Source: an uncultured Methanosarcinaceae archaeon (GTDB lineage: Archaea; Halobacteriota; Methanosarcinia; Methanosarcinales; Methanosarcinaceae). Taken from it: a DNA stretch of 34,131 nt. The stretch covers positions 1 to 34,131 of the forward strand of contig CAVRJG010000047.1 of assembly GCA_963721455.1 (NCBI GenBank), given 5' to 3'. Shown here one piece after another: positions 20,501 through 28,570 of this stretch. Position 1 is the stretch's first letter. Every line of letters starts with the position of its first letter. The notes under the pieces were generated by a model, which searched no databases, was not told where the DNA came from, and saw only the letters and a list, made by a program, of their open reading frames with translations. Position numbers and translations under genes: made by a program.

Positions 20501-20588
20501 TGCATCTGATTGCCTAATTTTTGATTTGAGCCAAAATTACTCAAAACAATTTTTACTCAACTGTTGAATCTTCAGAAGGAGTTTAATT

Positions 20589-23414
20589 ATGTCTGAACAT
20601 CAGCAAACGCAGCAGTCCAAAAAACCGGAGTCTTCTTCTCAAAAACAAATAACTCCCCTAAGCCAGACTCCTGTATCAAATCCAGCGTCTATTATCCAGC
20701 GTGCCAGAATAGATCCAAAATCCCTCACCCATGCTGATGTAATGCAGCTTCAGCAAACCATCGGAAACAGGGCAGTCGGCAGGCTACTTTCAAGTATCAG
20801 AAACCCTTCAAAGGTTCAAAAGATGCCGATTCAGCGGCAAAAGCTGGAGGAAGAAGAAACATGCCCTTCATGCGTGCAGAGACAGGAAATTCCAGAGGAA
20901 GAGGAACCTATTCAAGGCAAATTTGAAAGTAAACTGGAAGCAAGGAAGACATGTTCGAATTCCTGCAAGCAAAACGTAGGCTTCAATTCTTCAGGACCTA
21001 CTGCTGATATGATACTGCAACTTCAGAGAACTGCAGGCAATCAGGCAGTTCAGAGGCTGATTAAATCACGAGCCTTACAGGCTAAACTCAGAATTGGCCA
21101 GCCTAACGATGTATATGAACAAGAAGCTGACAGAGTAGCGGAGCAAGTAATGAGGATGCCTGAGCCGCAGGTTTCAAATGAAACAAAAGCTCCTAAAAAG
21201 GCGACAGCTAATCTCGTTCAGCTTAAGTGTCCAGAGTGCAGACTAGAAGAGGAAGAAGAGAAAAAAACTCTCCAGGCTAAGGAAATTTCTGGCTCAACTC
21301 CCAAAGTCACACCTGAACTGGAATCACGCATCAGTGCAATCCGTGGTGGTGGCCAGCTTCTGCCTGATTCTACGCGCGCTTTCTTTGAGCCGCGATTCGG
21401 GCATGATTTCAGCGGAGTGAGGGTGCATTCTGGTGCAGCTGCCGTACAATCGGCACGAGATGTAAACGCCCGTGCATACACAGTGGGGAGCGACATTGTG
21501 TTTGGTGCAGGGCAGCTTACACCGGGGACACACGAAGGACGGCGGTTGATTGCTCATGAGTTGACGCATGTGGTACAGCAGAGCCAGGGCGGTCTGCCAC
21601 CAGTAGCGCCGAGAGTAACGCACGAGGCCGATGCCGCAAGGGCTCCCGAGGCATCGGTGAGCGGTGGGACACTGGTCCAGATATCGGCTGCTACCGGCGT
21701 TGAATTGACGCGTGACGAGGATCCTGAGGTGGAAAAGGCCCTCGGCGGGCTCAAGGAACAGGAGGTCCCTTCAGGGCAGCCGGCAAAGCCGGCCGCGCAA
21801 GATGCTTTGACCACGGATGAGCTGATCGACGAGCATGTCTTTGGGCCACGCATCCACGAGGAGGTGGGGGATCTGCGTAAACGGCTGGCTAACCAGGAGG
21901 CTAGGTTGAAGGTGAATCCAAAGGACAAAGCGTTACAGGCAAAAGTGACCGAGATGCGAGCTCGGTTGCGTGTCCTCGAGGGCCGCGGACTTGACCCCAG
22001 CGCACGTGGGGCTAATGTGCCGGGTGTTGGTAGTATCAATACGCGGGCCGCAATTCAGGTGATCGGCCCCGACGGTAAGATCATCGCAATCGAACGCGGG
22101 AGTTGGGGTCCAACTCACCACGCCGAGGGGGACGCACTCGCCAAACTGCGCAGTCGTCTGGGCACACAGAAGCTTCCCGAGGGTACGCACATTATGATTG
22201 CCGGCAACCAGGTAGTTTGTGGCAAGGTCTGCAAGCCCGATATCGCTCGTTTTGCGAAGGACTACGGCGTTCCCCTGGAGAATGTTAACGCCAGTGTGAG
22301 AACACGTCCAAAAATGGTCGGTCAGGGACAGGCTAGTAGTAAGACAACCGAGTTTACGGGCTTGCGAGGCGACGTGCCGAAAGCAACGGTCAAGACCGAA
22401 CCGCTCTTCCACGGTGACAAAGAACCGGCGGCACCTGCCAAGCTGCCACTAGAAGGTGCTCCATCAGCAGAAGGATACAAAAAGGTTGTTTCAAATCAAC
22501 CTCCTTCGCCTGAAGAGCCTATTGTCCAAAAACCCAGTCCTACAGAATTTAAAGTTAATACCCAATACAGAGTTCTCAATGTTGATCAAATCCCTGGTGG
22601 AAGGGTCGTCTCGGAAGTTGAAGTGGTATTTAGCGAAGGATTGGAACAGACGAACCAAGCTGTAAAAGTCCACGGTGGGAAACCTTTTCCTTCTCGTCTA
22701 ATCTTGCATATTACTACGGACTCTAATGGTGCTCTGGTCGCTGCCGAGATGACATCAGGAGAAGCAGCAGGTCTAGCTGAAACTCTAGCGCGCCAGGCTC
22801 TGTCGTCTGCGCCTCGCGGAGCAACCGGGGCTGAGGCTGGAGCGGTTGCAGCATCAAGGGGAGTATCCCCTTGGGTGCGTGGAATCGGATGGGCTGGTAT
22901 GGCGCTTTTTGTCGTTCTAACAGCTTGCAGATATTCTCAGGCATCTCCTGAGGAAAAGCCTAAAGTTTTAGCGACTGCTGGAGGTGGTCTCGCAGGTGGA
23001 ATGGTGACTGGATATGTTGCATGCAACCTCATTCTAGGTATTGAAACATTAGGTTGGTCTCTTTTGATATGTGGCTTTGTAGCAGGAATACCTGGTGGGA
23101 TTGCTGGTGAAGCAATTGGAGAGACAGCCTATGAAGCAACTATCGATGATGATAAAATCCGAGATTGGGTTTCAGCAAACGATCTGGCTTTGATTAAACG
23201 ATTACCGGTCTCTGAGAAGGTTCGCATGATACTCAGCCTAATGAAGGGTTGGATCAGTGATGCCGATATAGCAGCTATCGAGCGTATTTGCCTTAGCGTC
23301 GCAAACAGAGCAGAGATGGTCAATATTCGTCGTGAAGTGGAACCCCATATTTTAGATATGACCAGTATCGGCCAGCGTACTCGAGTGCGGGTAACTCTTG
23401 CTCGAAATCTATGA
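20589..23414 (+). CDS. DUF4157 (eCIS core) cargo/effector with a putative zinc-deaminase-like domain and C-terminal hydrophobic glycine-rich helices
   Basis: Leader motifs QLQxTxGNxAVxRL (twice); DUF4157 motifs EQEADRVAEQVM, FFEPRFGHDFSGVRVH, ARAYTVGSDIVF, LIAHELTHVVQQ; then HAE (22119) ... VCGKVC (22218-22232) and hydrophobic GxxxG helices. Confidence 0.88.
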   Translation: MSEHQQTQQSKKPESSSQKQITPLSQTPVSNPASIIQRARIDPKSLTHADVMQLQQTIGNRAVGRLLSSIRNPSKVQKMPIQRQKLEEEETCPSCVQRQEIPEEEEPIQGKFESKLEARKTCSNSCKQNVGFNSSGPTADMILQLQRTAGNQAVQRLIKSRALQAKLRIGQPNDVYEQEADRVAEQVMRMPEPQVSNETKAPKKATANLVQLKCPECRLEEEEEKKTLQAKEISGSTPKVTPELESRISAIRGGGQLLPDSTRAFFEPRFGHDFSGVRVHSGAAAVQSARDVNARAYTVGSDIVFGAGQLTPGTHEGRRLIAHELTHVVQQSQGGLPPVAPRVTHEADAARAPEASVSGGTLVQISAATGVELTRDEDPEVEKALGGLKEQEVPSGQPAKPAAQDALTTDELIDEHVFGPRIHEEVGDLRKRLANQEARLKVNPKDKALQAKVTEMRARLRVLEGRGLDPSARGANVPGVGSINTRAAIQVIGPDGKIIAIERGSWGPTHHAEGDALAKLRSRLGTQKLPEGTHIMIAGNQVVCGKVCKPDIARFAKDYGVPLENVNASVRTRPKMVGQGQASSKTTEFTGLRGDVPKATVKTEPLFHGDKEPAAPAKLPLEGAPSAEGYKKVVSNQPPSPEEPIVQKPSPTEFKVNTQYRVLNVDQIPGGRVVSEVEVVFSEGLEQTNQAVKVHGGKPFPSRLILHITTDSNGALVAAEMTSGEAAGLAETLARQALSSAPRGATGAEAGAVAASRGVSPWVRGIGWAGMALFVVLTACRYSQASPEEKPKVLATAGGGLAGGMVTGYVACNLILGIETLGWSLLICGFVAGIPGGIAGEAIGETAYEATIDDDKIRDWVSANDLALIKRLPVSEKVRMILSLMKGWISDADIAAIERICLSVANRAEMVNIRREVEPHILDMTSIGQRTRVRVTLARNL

Positions 23415-23526
23415 ATTCAGTTGCCAATGGTTGATTTTCAGAAAAGAATTATACAAATCATTATAGTAACCTGAGTTTGACAGATAAATAAAAATAAGTG
23501 CTCTTTATTTTGTTTTATTCGGTCCA

Positions 23527-25066
23527 ATGAATATAAAAACAAAAATAAGAGCATTCCCAACTATTCCTAACAAGAATAAATGTGTTTCTATCGGATCGAT
23601 GCTTGCTGTTCAATACTTTTATGAAAAACTTAATTTTTCTGATGTTTTTAGCAAGCATAAAAGTAAGGGTTTAGATCTCAATAGTTTATTAATTGGCTTG
23701 GTGAGCTATAAGCTCACCGAGAATTTTAGCATCAAGGAAGCTAGTAAATGGTTAAATCAGAAAGAAATTCTCGAGATTTTGAACCTCAAGAGTTTTCATG
23801 AAAAAGTTCTTTACAGGACTCTTGAGATCCTCGGACGTAATAAGGAGATAATTCTCTCGGAGATCTTAGATAATCTGTTTTCTGTTTATGGTTTTGGAGA
23901 GACTGATATAAACCTTGACTGGACTAGTGCATCAATTCCAAAATAAATCCCTTTGTTTAGCGGGAAACTCGTTGATCGATGGATAGATTCAAAATTTCAG
24001 GTTTGTGAACATACTTTGGAATCGAAGCACTAGTATAGTTCTTCACGGAACTAAATCCAAGCTTGGTAAGTACGGATATAGCAGGGATCATAGACCTGAT
24101 AAGTTGCAGATAACAGTTGGAGTCAGTGAACTCAGAAAACCAATTAACATCCCTATTGGAATTACAGTTAATAGAGGAAACGTTCTTGATCTGCAACATT
24201 TTCCTGAGACTTATAACCAGGTAAAGAGAAATCTCAAAAAAGGATCTCTTATTGTCTTTGATAAAGGTGCAAATACAGTTGACAACATTAAGCTAATACA
24301 GGAAGATAAGATGACATATCTTACTTCCATGAAACTGAACGCAAGCGACGATAAAATCATTGAGAATTTTGATAAAGATAAAGCAGAGCTAATAGATTCT
24401 GAAAAAAGTATTTATGGGATTAAGATCATCAAGACAAATAGCATTAAATATTTTTATTTCTCAGAATCACTACAAGAGAAACAGTTGGAAGCAAAGGCAA
24501 GAACTGTTCTTAAGAAGTTACAGGAAGCAAAAGAGATACAAGAAATAATTGTTAAAAACAAAAAGCTTCCCAAGAAATTCAGAATCAACAATGAGTTGAT
24601 TGAGATTGACTACTCTTTTACAACTAAGCTCGAAGAGCTTAGTGATGATGAAGCAATAGAACTTCTGAAAAACTCGATAATTAATGGAAGAGAAGGATTT
24701 TTCTGCCTTAAATCAAACAAGAATTTGACACTTGAGAAGGCATTAGAAATATATCGAGAGAAGGACTCTATCGAGAAAATATTCAACTCATTGAAAAACG
24801 AATTACAGATTAAGCCGTTAAGGGTTTGGTCAGATAATAGCATTTATGGAGCTGTTCTCTTAGGATTTATTGCTCAGTTGTTCATATCGCTGATGCGATA
24901 TGAATTTGAGGAAATCAAGCATAAGTCCACAAAATTCATCAAAAAAAGCTTAAAGAATTTGACACTTACAATAAAGTTCGTGAAAAACGAGGTCAAAAAT
25001 CATATTTTTGCGAATTTTGATAAAATCAATAGCTTAATAGTAGCAAAAATGGGCACTATTCCCTAG
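23527..25066 (+). pseudogene. IS1634-family DDE transposase interrupted by a MITE
   Basis: INLDWTS|IVLHG..GKYGYSRDHRPD, VFDKG and YREKDSIEKIF..LKN. Removing 23928-24033 restores a single reading frame. Confidence 0.9.
23928..24029. mobile_element. 102-bp MITE inserted at the palindrome ACTAGT
   Basis: 18-bp terminal inverted repeats TGCATCAATTCCAAAATA / TACTTTGGAATCGAAGCA (3 mismatches), with CTAG on both sides (23924-23927, 24030-24033). Confidence 0.88.
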
Positions 25067-25620
25067 AATTTATTATAAAATTCGATGGATTCATAACCTC
25101 CTGTCAAACTAATTTGAGCTAAAAATAGAACAGATTTTCAATATCAATTAGTGAATACTGTCAAATTAAGGTAGTAAAAGTGCAATGTTTACACACATAA
25201 AACGTAAATTCATGAAATCCTTGGAATTTCTTTCATTAAATTGACCATAATTCTACAGTTGGATATATTCAAAGAAATGTAATCTAATGAAGGTAATGAA
25301 AATAAGGAATCAAATTGTGGGCGGAAACCTCATCTTAGAAGGCAGGGTATGCTTTGGACCATTCGCAGCATCTAGAACAAATTAATATTATTGACAAAGT
25401 TTCTATAAGAGTTAAGTTTTCAACTACTGTGAATAGGTACTAAGAAAAATTATTTACAAAATGCAATGATAAGAGGTTTAAAGGGAACTAATAAGATGTG
25501 AGGGTTCACTTCATTCCTGATCTGAAAAAGTTTGTTCGATAATTCAATTTTAAGTAAAAAACGATAAAAAAGAGCTTTTAAAACTCTTAATTTGAAAAAG
25601 AAGGATTTGTTTATTGATCT

Positions 25621-26758
25621 TAGGACTTACGCACTTGAATCACCGCAAACTTAAAATCATTTAAAATATAATTCATTTTTTATATAATATGAAAATGGTT
25701 GGAGTTATGCCTATAAATCCACCCAAATGTACTGTCCTTGATTACATCAATTTTCTTATTGCAGCATCTACCGTTTATAGTTGTACCGAAGCTGCTCGCT
25801 GTTATTCATCTTTAGTCAATGCTCCTTCTCATGATTGTTTTACTCGCCTTCTTCAAAATCAATCTTCAGATACAGAATCTTTATGGACTGAAATAAGGAA
25901 ATTTGTTACTCCCAAAGAAGGCTACATGATTGTCGACGATACAGTATTGGATAAACCTTATTCTGAAAAGATGGGCTTTGTTCGGTACCAGTGGAGTGGA
26001 AAACATCATCGTACTGTAAAAGGGATAGGCCTGGTTACCTTAGTTTGGACAGACGGTACAACCGTCATACCTCTCGATTTTCGAATTTATAACATCGATG
26101 AAGACGACAAAACGAAAAATGACCATTTCCTTGATATGCTTGACAAAGCGGAAGAACGTGGTTTTAATCCCGAATTTGTTTTGTTTGATACATGGTATGC
26201 AAGTGTGAAAAACCTTAAAGCCATAAGGAAGAAAGAATGGCATTTCCTTACGAGGTTAAAAAATAATCGTTTGGTAAATCCTGACAACAAGGGAAACGTA
26301 CCACTTGAAACAGTAGATATTCCTCCAGAAGGACTTGTGGTTCATCTCAAAGCATATGGATTTGTAAAGGTGTTTCGGATTGTTTCAAAAGATGGAGACA
26401 CGCAACACTGGGTTACAGATGTGCAGGATATGGATGAATCAAAACGTGAGGATTTGGCAAAGAAATCATGGAAAATTGAGGAATATCATAGAGGGATAAA
26501 GCAGTTCTGTGGTGTCGAAAAATGTCAGGCAAGGAAGGAAGAGTCACAAAGAGCACATATAATGTTCTCATTAAGAGCTTTTTTCAGACTGGAATTACAA
26601 AGAATCAAAAGTGGAATATCCTGGTTTGAAAGTGCCATGAAAATTAGAAGAGTGGCAGTGACAGCATATTTAAATAATCCACTGTACACATTAAATTAAT
26701 TTGTATGGATGGGAAGTTGTGAAAAACGATATGCTAAGAGCCAACTGCGTAACTCCTA
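25621..26758 (+). mobile_element. IS701-family insertion sequence
   Basis: 17-bp terminal inverted repeats TAGGACTTACGCACTTG / CAACTGCGTAACTCCTA (2 mismatches) around the transposase. Confidence 0.85.
25689..26699 (+). CDS. IS701-family DDE transposase (apparently intact)
   Basis: SHDCFTRLL, IVDDTVLDKPY, VLFDTWYAS, WKIEEYHRGIKQFCG and CQARK..SQRAHI. Confidence 0.9.
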   Translation: MKMVGVMPINPPKCTVLDYINFLIAASTVYSCTEAARCYSSLVNAPSHDCFTRLLQNQSSDTESLWTEIRKFVTPKEGYMIVDDTVLDKPYSEKMGFVRYQWSGKHHRTVKGIGLVTLVWTDGTTVIPLDFRIYNIDEDDKTKNDHFLDMLDKAEERGFNPEFVLFDTWYASVKNLKAIRKKEWHFLTRLKNNRLVNPDNKGNVPLETVDIPPEGLVVHLKAYGFVKVFRIVSKDGDTQHWVTDVQDMDESKREDLAKKSWKIEEYHRGIKQFCGVEKCQARKEESQRAHIMFSLRAFFRLELQRIKSGISWFESAMKIRRVAVTAYLNNPLYTLN

Positions 26759-26834
26759 ATTAGTTTCGGTATGGATGGGAAGTTGTGAAAAACGATATGC
26801 TAAGAGCCAACTGCATAACTCCTAATTAGTTTCG
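26703..26834 (+). repeat. 66-bp tandem duplication covering the IS701 right end
   Basis: GTATGGATGGGAAG...AACTCCTAATTAGTTTCG at 26703 and 26769, with one G/A difference. Confidence 0.92.
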
Positions 26835-27059
26835 GGATAGGCTTTATAAAGAAAAACATTCGATAGAACGGATAAGCTTCAAACGTAAGTGCCTGTAAAT
26901 ATATAGATTACATTAAAATAGGAAGATGAATTGAATACGGTTAAATAACGGGATAAAGTTCACATCCACAGGACGAAGAAAAAGTGAGGATTAGAAACAA
27001 TCAGTTATCCCTACTAAATGTAAAATTCTGTCTCCTCCTATCGGAAAGCGGCTTTAACG

Positions 27060-27251
27060 GTGAATTTGGTGAAAAAAGATCTTATGGATATTCTGGCTTG
27101 CCCTATATGTAAGGGCGACCTGATTCTGAACGTTGTCGAAGAAAACGAAGAAGAGGTCATCTCAGGAACCCTCTACTGCCCCGTATGCAAGGAGCATTAT
27201 CCTATAGATGAGGGAATTCCCAATTTGCTTCCTCCTGACCTCAGGAACTGA
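27060..27251 (+). CDS. Trm112-like (DUF343) methyltransferase activator
   Basis: LMDILACPICKGDL...LYCPVC...YPIDEGIPNLLP. True start is probably GTG 27069. Confidence 0.9.
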   Translation: MNLVKKDLMDILACPICKGDLILNVVEENEEEVISGTLYCPVCKEHYPIDEGIPNLLPPDLRN

Positions 27252-27265
27252 TGTGAGGGTTAAAC

Positions 27266-28021
27266 TTGCAACAGATATTCCAGAATGTTATTATCAACCG
27301 TCAGGAAATAAACTCAATAGAGTTTGAAAACGAAAGCATGGAGATCTCTCTTTATCCCGGCGGCGAGCAGACTTTTGAAATCCTGGTCACAAACTACGGA
27401 TCTCCAACCCATATCCACCTTTCAGTAAGTGAAGAGTTAAAAGGCCAGATTACTTTTTTGAGGGATAATCCGTATGTGCTTCAAAAAGAATATGTTTCCG
27501 CAGTTGCAAGAATCCCTCAAGAAGGCAGGATGCTTACAAAAGGGCAGATCTATATCACAGCAGGTTACGGCTCAAGAAAGAAAGGTTTTCCAGTACAGCT
27601 TGGAAAAGTTGATTCAAAGCCGCAAGAAAACTCAAGGGATGAGCCCTACACACGGGAAAATGAGGAAGATCTGAAGCCTCAAAAGTCCTCAGTTGCGCTA
27701 CCTGTAAAAAAAACTTCTCGCCCGAAATCAGGAAATGGAAACGGATTTGGTGAGATGTTGTCTTCTATCCGTAAAGGCTTTACAGGAAGCTTTTCAGCTT
27801 TCCCGGGAAAAAGAGCTCATAAAAATATAGGTGGGAATGAAAAGCTTCCTCTGACTATGGCTTTTGGAGGCTTTTTACTACTGGTGTTCTTATTCTTCCT
27901 CTACTTCATTCTGCCGGCAGGCTTGCAGTTCAGTGTCAGCTTTACCCAGTCACTTTTGTTTTCAATCCTTTTTGTGACATGTATGACATATATCTTGCTG
28001 AAAATTGCAGAGGAAGGTTAA
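27266..28021 (+). CDS. Conserved archaeal membrane protein (beta-rich N-domain, two C-terminal transmembrane helices)
   Basis: NYGSPTHIHL and ITAGYG motifs, a low-complexity linker and two hydrophobic segments; co-oriented with the Trm112-like gene. Confidence 0.75.
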   Translation: MQQIFQNVIINRQEINSIEFENESMEISLYPGGEQTFEILVTNYGSPTHIHLSVSEELKGQITFLRDNPYVLQKEYVSAVARIPQEGRMLTKGQIYITAGYGSRKKGFPVQLGKVDSKPQENSRDEPYTRENEEDLKPQKSSVALPVKKTSRPKSGNGNGFGEMLSSIRKGFTGSFSAFPGKRAHKNIGGNEKLPLTMAFGGFLLLVFLFFLYFILPAGLQFSVSFTQSLLFSILFVTCMTYILLKIAEEG

Positions 28022-28081
28022 GCACCTTCGGGAAACTATAATTTCGAACCTGATAATTACACTAATTTATTTCAGGTTTAT

Positions 28082-28340
28082 AACCACAGAAAGCATGGGA
28101 AAACGCAATACAAAGATTCTATAACCACGGAGTTTTACAGAAGGACACGGAAATTTGTATCTTCTTCTACCTCATTCCGTGTTTTGTGTCATCTGTGGTT
28201 CTTAATATCATTTTTGTAGATTAGTCCTCTCAAGCGTAACGAGAAGGGCAGCGTACTGTTGACATTTGAAAAATTAGTCCGCTTGAACGAGCAGAGCGAG
28301 TGAAACGGCCCGCGTACTCCCGAGGCGCAATTCGGGAGAT
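28082..28340. repeat. Cluster of REP-like palindromic intergenic elements
   Basis: AACCACAGA (28082) and AACCACGGA..ACACGGAA (28123) pair with TTCCGTGT..TCTGTGGTT (ends 28200). Two TTAGTCC...CGAG...GCGTACT units start at 28221 and 28274, followed by the hairpin CTCCCGAg-gcgcaa-tTCGGGAG. Confidence 0.6.
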
Positions 28341-28570
28341 TGAGCTCGTTTTTTATCGGAATTTATTTTTTGGTTTCATTCCTTATTTGAACCTGTTCCT
28401 TTTTGGAAGTAGAGAGTGTTTTTTATATCATGAGGATATTGGTATTGTGTTCGTACAAAAGGATTAATGACAGATTTCGTACTATTTATTTGACTATTTT
28501 CTGGTCTAAGTTCATGTGATTATCCTTTAGTCTAAAACCGCTATTAGGAAAACTGTTGAGGAATATTATC

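Larger units (their letters stand above)
17747..20517 (+). pseudogene. Tail-fibre-like protein (Afp13 position), split by two +1 frameshifts (~18304, ~18581)
   Basis: N-terminus KNKYFYGKLMTVRDFETEQRYF..HGTGIVCG is typical of eCIS fibre attachment domains; then NPHKVTA repeats, YAREDHEH and C-terminal helical repeats. ORFs 17747..18364, 18291..18584 and 18631..20517 are in successive +1 frames. Confidence 0.8.
23470..25171 (+). mobile_element. IS1634-family insertion sequence
   Basis: Terminal inverted repeats CCTGAGTTTGACAG / CTGTCAAATTAAGG and a 6-bp target duplication TAGTAA (23464-23469, 25172-25177). Confidence 0.92.

Noticed and set aside
1-20517. Prophage or type VI secretion system
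   Set aside because: No head, packaging or integrase genes and no TssJLM/ClpV genes in the window; two tube genes, LysM initiator, double baseplate J and DUF4157 fit eCIS.
18468-20517. Diversity-generating retroelement template/variable repeat pair in the fibre gene
   Set aside because: The repeats are in-frame coding tandem units, differences are not adenine-specific, and no reverse transcriptase is present.
21218-22412. Several 90-160 aa antisense ORFs as possible immunity genes
   Set aside because: They are shadows of the high-GC coding strand, with no recognisable motifs.
26703-26834. CRISPR array
   Set aside because: Two directly adjacent 66-bp copies with no unique spacer, derived from an IS end; no cas genes.
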